DNA from: Octopus vulgaris
Lineage: Eukaryota
Assembly: GCA_951406725.2 (NCBI GenBank)
Contig: OX597816.1
Location: 149,296,001-149,360,000 of the forward strand
Reading direction: 5' to 3'
DNA: 64,000 bases
Shown: piece after piece, positions 13,941 through 27,225 of the stretch
Layout: every line of letters starts with the position of its first letter
Position numbering within the stretch: the stretch's first letter is position 1
The notes under the pieces: generated by a model
Database searches by the model: none
What the model was told of the DNA's origin: nothing
What the model saw: only the letters and a program-made list of their open reading frames with translations
Program-made: the position numbers and the translations under genes

Positions 13941-15141
13941 CCATTATAGGCAAGACGATAATAAAAAACAAAACTTCGCTATTAACAAAAAAAAATAAAC
14001 GGCCAAATCCTCCAGAGTCAACTAAAAACACTCTAACCCTTTTATTTTAACGGTTACAGTTAAGTCAATAATTGTCAGCCGAATATCATTACAGGATTAT
14101 GAAGTCAATTACCAATGAAAAAGTTCCAAGTTTGAACCCTTCCCAAACAGTTTTGTCACTTTTTCAATCCCTAAACTATTTCCTTCTGAACATCATGTAT
14201 GATGAAAAGTACTGGTGCATCAAATTCTATCGCACATATTAGAGGTTTAAATTAAACATAATAGTTAACATATCTAAATTCGAAGCTGAGCTATGAATAA
14301 GATTATAGTTTTTCGGACTATTATCCTCATCTTAAGAAATTAAATATTTTAAAAATCTTAATGCAGGAGAGTTATTATATTTAAAATTCTCTGACAGAAA
14401 GGGGTGTATAGATGCTTAAAAGACAAAACGAGGGGAAATATCTGAGGTATGCATCAGTTTACTCTTTATCTCTATAAGACCGATATGAAAGGTAAACAAT
14501 AAATTAGTTGACAGTCTCTCGGCGGTAAAGCCTCCAGCATGACATCGGTGTTATAGAGTTAAACTATAAACTAACCGAAACGTTCCATTGATCAATTACA
14601 TTGCTATCATTAGAACACAACACATCTCTCGTTGAAATCAGTGTTGTTATTTGGGAACAATTACCTTCAACATCAACTCATACCGATAAATATGTATGTA
14701 CTGAGTGCTTTCTCAATGTTTTAAACTCATAACGCATACATATATATGTGTGTGAATGTGCATTATAGTATGAGGTTAATCGCTGTTTACTGATCTTAGC
14801 TTATTAATATTTTATATTTGTAAACAAATGAAAGCGATCATACACAGTATAACTCTCATTTATTTCCACCACGTTTGAAATATAAACACTCTCTCCCCCC
14901 ACTCAAACTCGTGTGACGTCACGATAACTTAGCTTCATCGACCAATGAAATTGAGGTAGAAATTTCAGGACGCCGACGACATATACACAACATTCGTTTT
15001 TGTATGTGTGTTAAGCTACTTAGTCGTTTTCATTATCACAAAATAGATAGAGGAAAAGAGAAGAGAAACGAGAGGGGTAAAGAGTGAAAATTATATTAAA
15101 AAGAGGAAAAAAAACCAAGTTTTAATAGATAGTTTCTTTAC

Positions 15142-15382
15142 CCAAATAAAACGTCGGTAGATCATAAGGACTTTCCTTGCGGTTGTTCCAAAAGTGCCTG
15201 CTGCATACTCGATGGTCACGACTAATGTGCTTCACTTCATCGTAATTATTCGGATCATAACCAGCGCGTCGTATCCACTCATTTCTTAAACGGACATTTT
15301 TCCATGGTAGTCGGTAGAAGCTAATCGGCCCGCCTTTCTTCTGAATGGAGCGACAGCCTTTCACTATACAGTTAGCCGGCAT
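15142..15382 (-). CDS. Complete THAP domain exon (copy B, paralog of 6408-6648)
   Basis: MPANCIVKGC...VCSRHF...LPTFYL. Same 241-nt length and same phase-1 donor TGG|GTAAAG as copy A; 72/80 identical residues by manual alignment. Confidence 0.88.
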
Positions 15383-17289
15383 TGTGGCGAACAATAAAGA
15401 AAAGAACTAGCGAGCCTCAGAATTGAAAATGAAGGCCAATTTGGCGATCTAGCACGGATTATTGTCACGTATCAGACGCTATCAAATACTAGCAAAAAAA
15501 CATATAATAAAGACACAATCTCATGTAGACCACCGCCTTCTACCGTCTACCCGCTTCTCATTGGTCTGTTGATAAAAGCTATTTGACTGGTTTAAAAACT
15601 CGATAACTCTCGTACTTTCACATTGATGTTTTGCTGTCACGTTGTTTTATTCTAAAATTACTATTTGGAATAATTAATCCTAATCCAACTAATAGTTGGT
15701 ATTACCAAAATGTTTTAGTACAATAAACGTCTGCATAAATTTTAACTGTTCAATCTAATGGACGGCACTTTTGTCTGAACACAATCTTAAAGGGAGTGGA
15801 ATAAAATAAGAAACATTAAGCTTTATTTTTTTTTTTACTGTTTTATTTGGATGCCCTTCCTATTGCCAATCTCTCAACAGTGAATAAGAAAGGAACAATA
15901 ATAGTAAAATTTAAAATAATTTCGTCAAAACTTGTGTTAGGTTATAAATTTGGATTTCTTATAAAAAGGAATGGCATAGTATGTGCAGTCTTAAAAATAT
16001 ATTTGTCTATTTCATATATTTATATTACTTTTGTTTTTCTTTTTTATATCTGCTTACTATGAAACAGAGATGTTGTAAGAGAATGAGAGCCTGCCCCCTC
16101 TTCCTGGATGCAAATTTTCCTCAGGCCTATCATACTTGTTAATTAAAAATTCCTCTGGTCTACCATACTTGTAAATTAAAAAATTTTCTGGCCTATCATA
16201 CTTGTTAATTCAAGTGCTCTCCTGAACACTGAAAACCCTTGCTAAGCTACTACTATGAAAGCATTGAAGGGTTTTGCCTGAAATGTGAGACTTCTTCCTC
16301 AGAGCATAAAATTATTTCATTGTTTGACTTATTGATTTATAATTAGATATACCATTTAAATGATTTATTCTGGTGAGATCTAATCATATCAGGAGTTAAA
16401 ACTTCTAATTTATCAGGGTTGATATGTATCCAATGTATAACAATGATGATGCAATCAACTAATCAGCAAAAAATCAACATACACTATCATATATTACTGC
16501 AGCTAAAGATCTCATTTGAAGTGAATATGCTGACATAAAACAATTAGTCTTAGCTGACTCAGTCTGCCTCCACAATAATAACTACAACCATCACTACTGT
16601 CACTGTTAAATACAAACAGTTGTCTAACTCATTTACACACACACAAAGGACTGGATTTAAACCATGGGAGGCCTGAAGCACTGCATGTTTGGTGGGCCCC
16701 TTATACACAAGAATTAAAATCTTAGGAAATTACCAAATTTAAATCTTAAAATCCATCTATTTCAAATAATTGAATTTGATGAATTAGCAGAGAGTTTAAA
16801 CAAATGACTGAAAATGTCACTTTATATATACACTTTTTCAAATTTCATTTTTCACACATCCATTTGCAGTGTTTCACTTTTCTTTCATTATGAATGACAG
16901 AAAATTACGAAAAAGAAACAAATAATTATTGTGGTTGTTGCTGTTCTAACGACATAATGAGTGTGTGAAAGAGAAAGAGTGGGGAAATACCAACATTTAA
17001 AAGACATGGATTTTAAAATTTCTTTTTTTAAATGGCTTCCCTTCATTCTTTTGCTATGCATGAAAAAAACAGGGGTCACCCCAACAAAGATGGAAAAATT
17101 CAAACAGCTATTCCCAAATACCTGCTTTTCCAGTAACATTTACTGCATTTTTGACTTTCAAGAAAATATATTTTTAACAAATGTTCACTAATGTGTCAAA
17201 ATTATATCAGCGAAGTAAATACCTTCTCTAAACTCAGTAAAACTTATATTCAGAACACTATTTCAGAAAATGATCACTGTTCTCTTTGA

Positions 17290-18650
17290 GCATCATCATC
17301 ATTTAATGCCCGTTTTCCATACTGGCATGGGTTGGATGGTTTGACTAGGCATTGGCAAGCCAGGAGGCTGCACCAGACTCCAGTCTGATCTGGCAATGTT
17401 TCTACAGCTGGATATCCTTCCTAACGCCAACCACTCTGAAAGTGTAGTGGGTGCTGTTTACAGGCCACCAGCTATGTTTGGATGGTGTTTTATACGTACT
17501 ACTGGCACAGGAGCCAGTCCAGGTGGGGGGAGGGGTTGACATCGACCACATTTGGATGGTGCTTTTCATGTGCCATTGGCACAGGGAGCCAGTTGGGCGG
17601 CACTGACAATGACCCCGTATGAATGGTGCTTATTGCATGCCACCAGTATGGGAGCCAGTCAGGCGGCATGAGCATGGGCTAGAACTACAATTACCATTTT
17701 TGATATCGATTTGATTGAGATTCTGATAGTAATTTTACTTGACTCAATAGGTCTCCTCAAGCATGGCATGTCACCCAACAATTCAAAGGTACTTTTTAAA
17801 TGGGCTGGTTATGCGACACTGGAAATAGGCTATGGCTGTGATCTCACTTTACTTGCCGGGTCTTCTCAATCACAGCATACCTCCAGAGGTCTCAGGCTCT
17901 TGTTGTTGCCTCTGTGAGGCCCAATGTTCGAAAGCCGTGCTTCACCACCTCATCCCATGTCTTCCTGGGTCTCCCTCTTCCACTGTTAAGGAGTGACACT
18001 TCTTCACACAACTTTCCTCGTCCATACACAGCACAGCTGTCTCTCTTGCACACATCTGAGGCTTCTTATGTCCAACATTTCTCTCAGGGTGCTTACATTC
18101 TGTTGTGTGTTCACACTGACATTACACATCCAGTGGATCATACTAGCTTTCTGCCGTGTAGTATGGGAATATACACACATGCATCATACAGTTTACCTTT
18201 TACTTTGAGTGAGAGGCCCTTTGTCACCAGTAGAGGTAGGAGCCTTCTGAACTTTGTCCAGGCTATTCTTATTCTAATGGCAACACTCTCTGAGCATCCC
18301 CCACCTTCCGCACAACAGACTAGGTCACCTAGGTAGCGGAAGCTATCAACTACTTCTAGTTTCTCCCCCTGGCGTGTGATGGAATTTGTTTTCTTTGCAT
18401 CTTCTGTGATTATTGCCCCTGTGCATCTGCTGCACACAAAAAGCTATCATCCCGGTTAACCTTCCTTTGATGTCGCTGCATCTCTTATGCATCCATAGCT
18501 TACACTGGGTACATCTTATGGGGTTTCTACCTACACTTTTTCTACAGATCAAGCAGGGCCATCTACCTAAAGGGGTTTGTGATTTGTTTGCCTTCCTACT
18601 TACTAGGACCTTGGTTTTTGCAACATTGATTCTAAGGCCCCCCACTCTTC
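17290..18650 (-). mobile_element. RTE-clade LINE 3' portion with (CAT)n-tailed 3' UTR, degraded
   Basis: ORFs 18346-18645 (GLRINVAKTKVL, CxxC motifs) and 18138-18437 (LEVVDSFRYLG...IRIAWTKFRRLLPLL...KGKLYDACV) are RT thumb/C-terminal regions; frameshifted. Confidence 0.75.
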
Positions 18651-19564
18651 CTGGCCTGTTTCTTTACTCTAATGGCCTTGTCAACTGTATTATTTCAGTA
18701 CCACATTACTCTAAGTCTGGAAGGGACTTTGCACCAGCCATAGATTTGGTCTGTGGTGCTCAGTAAGCTGTCCCATAGGAATTTCCAGTTACCCTCTATA
18801 TCCCAAGTCTCTAGCTCCTCCTCCCTCTAGTCAAATTTCTCAATGAGGATGTCCCTAAGTCTCTGACCATGCAAAAGGTTCTTTAGCTTCCAAATTCTTC
18901 TTTTCTGGATTGGTCTGCTTCTTTGTATCCGTCTGGCCTCGAGTGTAACGTCATTAATGACTAATCTATGCTGGGGGGGGGGGGGGGGTACATTCTTCAT
19001 GAGGGAGGGTCTTTGTATTTAAGAGCAACCTTGCATGTAAAACACGAATTTAGGCAGGGCAAAATGGATAAGACAAGACAAGGTAAATTTGCCCTTCCGG
19101 TTCTCCAGAATTAAATTTGAAAAACAAAGAGTCATACACATAAACATTCATCCTTAGACATCAGAAATTTTAAATATCTTGGTCAATTGAAAGAGGATAA
19201 GGGGAAAATAACACATAATATGAAATTAATGAAACTCAGCTAAGTCTAAAAATTCAATATAAGATATTCTTTATAGCTTCTTGGGCAAAAATTATCCAGA
19301 TATCTTATTAGCTACCTCAATTACAATTGAGTCAAATTTGAGGAAATATTTCTTGAAAATAATACCTGTCACCTATGTTTCAAACTCCCAACTTCAACAA
19401 CTATGTAAACCAGGGATTCTCAACCATTTTTTTACACTGATTCCTATTTCACTCCTGTGGACCCCCCCACCACCACCACACCCATTCAGTGTTTAAAAAA
19501 ATCATATTGTATTTTTATAATTAAATATTATTAGGACTTATATAAAAATTGTTAAAATATTTTG

Positions 19565-19770
19565 TGTGCACCAGTGCGGGTGGCACGTAAAAAGCACCCA
19601 CTACACTCACGGAGTGGTTGGCGTTAGGAAGGGCATCCAGCCGTAGAAACACTGCCAGATTTGACTGGGCCTGATGAAGCCTTCTGGCTTCACAGACCCC
19701 AGTAGAACCGTCCAACCCATGCTAGCATGGAAAACAGACGCTAAACGATGATGATGATGATGATGATGAT
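19565..19770 (+). mobile_element. Short interspersed repeat with (GAT)n tail (SINE or RTE 3'-end family); related copies near 17290, 32660, 37200, 49670, 54590, 56570
   Basis: Recurring core GGTTGGCGTTAGGAAGGGCATCCAGCCGTAGAAAC...CCAACCCATGCTAGCATGGAAAACAGACG followed by (GAT)n. Confidence 0.75.
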
Positions 19771-22027
19771 AGACCTATAACAAATTTCTTAACTGAATTC
19801 TATGAAAAATGAACGTTCACAAGTAAAATGAGTTATAAATATACAAGTATATATTTATTAAAATAAGATAGTACTTTAGTGTTAATTTCTTTAATGCAAA
19901 TCAGACAGTTGGTGCTGCTCTGCTAGTTTTAAAATATTCTACTCCAATGTTATCAATGATAATCAAAGATCACCTTTTTCTACAATGTAGATTTGAATGA
20001 TGATGATGATGTAAATTCAATTACAAGCTTTTGACAGTAAGTTTGTAGCAGTGTTATTTCTTTTCCATACATTGTTCTCCATCTTTAAATCTTTCCAGAA
20101 ATTCAATGAGATTCTCCTGCAAACAAATATCTACATCAGCAACATCAAAAAGAAATGTCACCTAACGTAGTATATTTAACTGCAGCAGGTCGTTAAACTG
20201 AGCTTGCATATCATTATGCAAGTTATTCAAATGTTCAGTATAGAAGGTTATCATCATGCAAATTACTGTTACTTGATTCCAAACTAGGAAATTGTAATAA
20301 TACACAACATACAAAATTTATTTTCTAGAGCTATACTTTCCTTAAAAATGCAGTAATAGCTCCTTTGGAGGATAGATAGCTTCTCCTTGAAGCTGTTTAT
20401 TAATCAAATTAATTTTATCAAATATATCTGATAAATAAAATATATCACACTTAGCTGCAACCATTCGTTGGCTGAGATTGATGTTAGCCAGAAATGAGAC
20501 AATAGTGTACCAAGGTGCAAAAAAAAAAAAATGACACAAACAATTACCTTTTGATAACCATTTCATTTCTGTGTGAATTCCAAAGCGGCAATGTGCACTT
20601 AATTGTTTTGCAAGTAAGTATTGCTGGTGTTATCACACGGTGTATACAAAATACAGAATTTATTAAATAAGCAATAAAACCTCTGTATCTGCCTATCATG
20701 GATGCACAGTCATTAGCACAAGCTATTATATTTCCGAGGGAATATTATGTTCCTTGAAATAAGTTATGGTTTTGAAAACTGCTTTGCCTTTAGTGTGTGT
20801 TATAAGATGTCTGAAAATAGCTTTACTATCTCTCAGGGTAGATTCATCAGGTTGAAAAGGAAATTTCTGTACTTGTAATTCAGCTACTAGCTGCTTTTCT
20901 ACATCTTAACCATTTCATCAACGGCACCGTGACACTGATGAGTTACTTAAAGGAATCTTACAAGTAATTTCATTCACCTTGTTTCATAAGTGATGAAACT
21001 ATGACAGATGCCACAGGCAAAATTAGTTTCATCGATATTATGGGGTTTCCCAACCTCTGCTATAATTTTAGAAATTTCATAAGACACCAGTCAACCATTA
21101 TTATTTTTTCATAATTCATTACTAAATATCTGATTCACCATTTTCCTTGCTTGAAATTCATTGCGCAGCTTTTTAAAATATTTTACTAGATTGTTTTACT
21201 TGTCTTTGAACTTGGTCTCTAAATAGATTTTAAGCTTAGCTGGCTTCATACTATCATTTGACAGCATATCCATACATATGAGAGACATTAGTTTCACTTC
21301 ATTCTGTGGCAAGAGAATACAGCCATAAGACAGATATTTAATGGAATACTGTCAGCATTTCTTAGTTAAAGGAGCAGAATTTTGGTTTAAGCACACCGTA
21401 TAACCCCTCATAACTTTTCTATTTTTTGGAATTTTCAGAAAATTTCTGCAAATTTGTCTTCTACACATGAGAATTCAAATGATTATGCAAATAAAGTTTT
21501 TATGTGTGATTTAGGCAATTTAGCCATTGTTTTTAGCACATCAAAACCTTCCTTGTTTCTTTGTCACTATGATGTAGTGATATTGTTCAAGAGTGGTCCA
21601 TTGCTGGAATCTAAGCAAAAAGTTCTGAGTGTCTGTATTTTAAACTCCAATTTTTTTTAAAAATTGAAAGAAGTAGGAAATTTTAGAATTGATGGGGTTT
21701 TAGATAAAAAATTTTTGGTTTTTTTTTGCAATAAACACATGAATTCTAGTGCATAGAACACAAATTCACAAAAATTTTCTGAAAATTCCAAAAAATAAAA
21801 GCCACGACCACCTGCCACCTTTGTTTCTACTCTTTGTTGTATTTCTTTTTTTAAATCACAGTTTGAAATATGGATAGTCCGAATTTTTGGCTCAAATCCC
21901 ACCCTTGGGTGCATTAACATTCCATTAAATGTGTTTTTGGGAGAAAAACATTGAAAAATATTAATACATGCCGGTGGCAAAGAAATAAAGATGGGGTCAG
22001 GTAGTTGTGAGATGTTCTAAAAATAAT

Positions 22028-22932
22028 GGGTCTGTTCAGTTTCGGTCACAGATTTAAAAAATTATTCTATTTTTTAACTGAACAGTTTGAAATTTCGTAT
22101 ACTGGTCTACTTTCAACATTTTTTACAAAATTTTGTATCTTAGAAGTTATCTCATGTTAAAGTTGTCGTATTTGGGTAATTTCAACCAATCAAGAAAGTT
22201 ACTGCTGTTTGTGATAGTAATCAAAGAAGAACAACTTCCAGGTCATCTCTACTAAATGTCACCACTCTGTTCTATTTTGTTTGTTTATTGCCTGTGTTGC
22301 ATAGTAGACACTTTTTTTCTTTTCGGTTCTCAGGTCAGAATAACCAGTAAACATTGAAAAATCAGCACCAAGAAGGAAGAAATATTATTTACATATATTT
22401 ATTTGTTTGCCTGACATGTAGTTAGAGATACAGCAATAATTTTAGTGGCAGTGACAAGTTCACTCGTTGGTTTTTAGTGGACAGTGTAGAAGTGGCTGTC
22501 TGCCAGTAGAGAGAGAAGAGTAAGGAATGCATGGTGCTGACTAGAAAGGAATAAAGGATAAAGGTGGCATTGTCTTTCTTTGGTGAAAAGCTTCTCTTTT
22601 GTGTCAGCTATGACCAAGGAGCAACACTTCCTTTTTGCCCTTCACTTGACATATGAACAGAACAGAGTAGTGACATTTAGTAGAGATGAATTGGAAATTG
22701 TTCCCTTTCGATATCTATCACAAACAGCAGTAGCTTTTTTAAACTAATACTTATCGTTGATTGGTTAAAATTACACAAATATGACTAACATGAAATGACT
22801 TCTAAAATAGGAAATTTCATCAAAAATGTTCAAAGTAAACCATGTTCTGCGTGAGAAATTACACCAGTATACAAAATTTTAAACTGTTTAGTTAAAAAAA
22901 AAAAAAATCTATGAGTGAAATTGAACAGATCC
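22028..22932. mobile_element. Non-autonomous foldback DNA element with ~250-bp TIRs (GG...CC ends, 8-bp TSD; Merlin-like)
   Basis: GGGTCTGTTCA... / ...TGAACAGATCC. Inner arms 22197-22272 and 22659-22737 are reverse complements. TSD AAAATAAT/AAAATAAC. Confidence 0.7.
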
Positions 22933-23411
22933 AAAATAACAGCTAAATCAACCTTAAATCACACACGATTTTTTTTCCATAATGAGTTGAATTGTCATGT
23001 GTAGAAGACAAATTCACAACAATTTTCTGAAAATTCCAAAACATATAAAAGAAGTTCTATGTAATATTATATTTATCAGTAATGGATTAAAATAATTGTA
23101 AATTTTTTCTTGGAATACATGTTAAAATACCAGTATAGAAGATATGAAAACTTTCTTATCTTTATCCTAACAAAACTAACTTGGAGAAGTCTTTCAAAAA
23201 TATGTTGAAATCAACTTGTTGATAAGAACTTTGGTATTTCTCCTGTGAATTTTCTGTCCTCCTCCTTTCTCTCTATACACACACACATGTATACTTATAT
23301 ATACATATAGCCACACTTATATACATACACACACGTGTATATGTATATACATGTGTGTGCATAGATAGCCAGACAGCCAGACAATGCAAAGGTACATACA
23401 AAAGCACACAC

Positions 23412-23457
<46 letters not shown>

Positions 23458-26209
23458 TTGTATATGTGTTTGTAGTACAAATAAACATTCTCTGGGGAGC
23501 AGTGAACTGGGTGGGGGGATTACTTTGAGTACCACTAACCTGCTATGCCAACCCTGTTCTTTGATACCAAAACTAAGAATGTATATATTCTTATAAATTT
23601 GTTGCTGCTGTTGTTGACATAGCCTTTTCTTGGTATTATTTCTTTCATCTTTCTAGGGAATTCCCAAAAGAATTTTATGACCAGCTTCATAGATATGTTT
23701 TCTTTTTATATTATATTTTTTCTTTATTCTTGAGTTGAAAAGTAGTAAAGAAATTAGTAAAGAAAGGATTTCTAGCAATGTATTTTAGGGTGTTTTAAAA
23801 ACAAGTTTCTTAGTCTCAGTGCACCATTGTACAGGGTCCACATTAAAAACTACTGGTCTAAAGCACAATTTTTCATGACCCTGGACAACCAATTTACTGC
23901 ATTCTATCTGTAGACCTCCAGAAATTTTGTATGGACCCCAGTTGAGAACCCCTGATATAAAGTATACTGACCAATTTTTATTCCCAACTACAAAACCTAT
24001 ATTGACCAAATTCTACTCCCAAAGATGATGGAATGGTACAAAATGAGAGGAAATCAGAAATTATTCATTTTGACAGAATGACAAAAAATATATGAAAAAA
24101 ATAAGAAAGAAAAAGGTTCTATTTAATGAAACATTCAAATATATATGCAATAATTCTAAAGCTGAAAAACAATGCTTTTAGCTGTTGAGAGATTAATTTT
24201 ATCATTAAAACTAAATTCAACATTTTTTTTTAGAAGTAGAAATGTATGTGTGTGTGTGCTTCTAACCACTATTGGTCAAGCCACGGTCAAGCTCAGTCAT
24301 GTGTTGGAAGAATTTCTTGCCTAGAGACAATAACATTTTTCTATCAATCTCTTTATACATTAATACTTACATACACAAACAAACACAGGGATATACATAG
24401 TCAGGGTTGTTCTGTTGTTTCTCTTTTCTCTGTTGTCCCAAAAGCAGCTACAATTCCCTTGCAAATTGTAAGTGCTTTGGAACAAGGTATAAATTGTTTT
24501 TTAATTGATTTGGTGTCTCAAGTGGCAAAGTCTTTATTTATCATAAAAAGAGGATCCATTACAGTTTTTAAGAAGTCAAGATACCTCTTGGAGGTGGTGG
24601 ACAGCTCACTGTACTGAGTGCTACATACCCTTCTTAGCAGGGGTACCCAATATCTAGATGCCTAGGGCAATTACTCCCCTCCCCTCCCTGCAACCCTTTA
24701 AATCTGTCCCTGTACACATACACACACTATACATCTAACATCATAAAATTTTGCAAGAAATTGTAACTGATTTTAGTGATTAACTTCTTTCAAATCTATT
24801 GAAGAAAACCTTATTTCTTGGCATCACAAATGATCAAACATCCATGAGTGGCCAATACAATCCAAAATATCATTAGCTCATTGTTCTCTTTCCTAATTGA
24901 TATATGTGATTTTACTTCAATTTTCTAATTTAAATTGGATTCAGTTTCTTATATTTTAACCAACATAACTATTATTATCATGCAATTCCCACTCCCACCC
25001 TATTTCTGCTAATAAATATACATCTTATAGTGATTCACTCTACTAACACTTCAACAGTGAAAACCCTAAACAAGAGTATAATATCTGGAGTTGTCTTTCA
25101 TACTTACCAATTACAAAATTATAATAGTCACCAACTAATGTTATTTCTCTCTTTCATTAGGTTTTTTTATATTACTTTCTGGAATTTTGCTCCCACCCAT
25201 GTAGTTTTTTCTGTTGTCAATGTAATTAATATCCTCAAAAAATGATAATGTTAACATCAACTACAGAGAACAAAACAGTAATTATTACAATAGAAGAAAA
25301 TCTATGAATGTTGAAAGAAATATTCTGGAGGAAGTAGCTGTCTTTTAAAAAAAAAATCTTGACTCAGATAGCAGACAGCAAAGAATGAAAACAGAAATTG
25401 GAGGATGAGACTGTAATATAATTACTGTTTCTAACATAAATGCAAGGCCTGAAATTTTGGAGTATAGGCGGTTTAACTGATTAAATCAATACCAGTCAGT
25501 ACCTGACTGGCACATTATTTTAATTACACCAAAAGGATGAAAGGCAAAATTGGGCTTGGTGGGATTTAAAATTAGAATGAAAAAAGTACTAGAAAAATAT
25601 TGCAAGGCATTTATTCCAACACACATGATTAATGCATACTTCATAAACTCTAAAATGAGGGAATGCAAAATTGACACCATAAGTACTTCAACTAAGAATA
25701 TAAGTAAATATGCTAATTCTGTTGAGGTCAACTTTGCCTTTCAACCTTTGGTGGTAGTGGGGGTGGGTTGGTCAATAAAATAAGTACTAGTTGAACCCTA
25801 GGGTTGTTGTAATCAATTTATTCTCTCCTTTGAAATTGCTGGCCTTGTGCCAAAATTTAAAGCCAGTATAAGTCAATGTCACAAAGCACTATTTCTATAA
25901 CCACCTACTTCCCTTAATAATAATATTAAGGCGAATGATCAGGGTTGTAGGGGTTTTCAGTACCCTTGAACACTTAAAACCATCACAAAAACACTTATTT
26001 GGGCCTCCACCTTAATAATTTTGTTTTTTCTTATTACAATAAAAAAAAACTGAAAAAGTCTCAGCCAACTGCCTGGAGTAGTTAAACAGCCAGCTGAAAA
26101 CAAGAATCAACAACATTCCAGTTGACAATTTTCATAGATCTGTAACTGTCAGAATTATATATATATAAACACACACACACACATATATATATAAGAACTT
26201 CAAACTTAC

Positions 26210-26249
26210 CAACATCATATTCTTCATTTATCTGATTTTGAGATTTCAA
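26210..26249 (-). CDS. 40-nt internal exon, phase 0 in / phase 1 out (LKSQNQINEEYDV-)
   Basis: Acceptor TTATTTTTTCTCCAG| and donor TTG|GTAAGT; only the phase-0 frame lacks stops. Confidence 0.6.
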
Positions 26250-26832
26250 CTGGAGAAAAAATAAACATATTCTATATTAGATAATATATAATGCATTTTA
26301 ATTTCGTTAGACACTAAAATAAACAAGCAAGCAAAATAGACAGTATGATGGGACTCCTGAAAGTTGTGTGAGGAGCGAGTGTATATAGCTGCCATTTCAA
26401 ACTATTAAAATAAGTAGCTAAGTCACTACAAACCACACATAACTCTCTTAAAATGGGCATGAATATTATAATCCTAAATATAACATTTGAAGTGATGGTC
26501 ATGTTTGTCAAATTTCTACTCAATGTTGCTACCAGGATTGATGGAAGGGAAGATGAATTTCACATCATTGCTTTGAACAAGATACTATATAAATACATCA
26601 AAGAATAGCGAGATGTGGTATCATATTTCATAATATTTGTTCGATTCTTTTCTACATTATATGATACTCATAATTTCACTCTGATATGATTCATATGAAC
26701 AAGAGCATTATCAGGGAAGGGATTTAGTGACTCTGCAAAAGCTCTAAGTAAATTAATTCTTCTATCTTAGCAGAACAGCTCAAGGGAGATTACTAGTTAT
26801 GGTCTCTATAACCTTTCAGTGTGATACAATAG

Positions 26833-26901
26833 TTAAATGTGGCTAACCTTTAAGGGTGGATGCTACTGTAGCATCCACCCTTAAGGGTTAGCTACATTTA
26901 A
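26833..26901. repeat. Near-perfect 69-bp palindrome
   Basis: TTAAATGTGGCTAACCTTTAAGGGTGGATGCTAC-T-GTAGCATCCACCCTTAAGGGTTAGCTACATTTAA; two mismatches. Confidence 0.85.
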
Positions 26902-27225
26902 GTGGCAAATGCTTCACGATGTCGTGCAGCTACTGTTTATAACTCGCTCAGAGATTTATTATTGCGTCTTAATAGAGTTTTCGGTTATAAAACTTTTACT
27001 CAATGGTGGGTTATTTAACAGTTAACGATAACAAAAGATATTGCTGTATTTAAAATAATTCGTAGTGTTGACTTTGCAGCAACACTTCTATAAATCTGTA
27101 TGTGGACACACTCATATAAATTTGTTTATAGTTTTATATTTGATAATGTTCAACAGACACACGCAAGGATTCACAGTGTGATCTATCTATCCTTCTCTCT
27201 CTCTCTATATATATATGTATATATA

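Larger units (their letters stand above)
19411..23954 (-). mobile_element. Decayed hAT (Buster/Charlie-like) transposon containing nested insertions
   Basis: TIRs CAGGGATTCTCAAC / GTTGAGAACCCCTG; imperfect 8-bp TSD ATGTAAAC/ATATAAAG. Minus-strand remnants LSNDSMKPAKLK (~21230-21265), FQPDEST (~20836-20860), HTEMKWLSKG (~20550-20575). Confidence 0.75.

Noticed and set aside
25108-25260. Exon-like segment on the minus strand with strong acceptor (TTTTGTTCTCTGTAG|) and donor (TTG|GTAAGT)
   Set aside because: Stops in all three frames. It could be a poison, terminal or decayed exon, but cannot be called coding. It is also a caution that the 26210-26249 exon might belong to a decayed gene.
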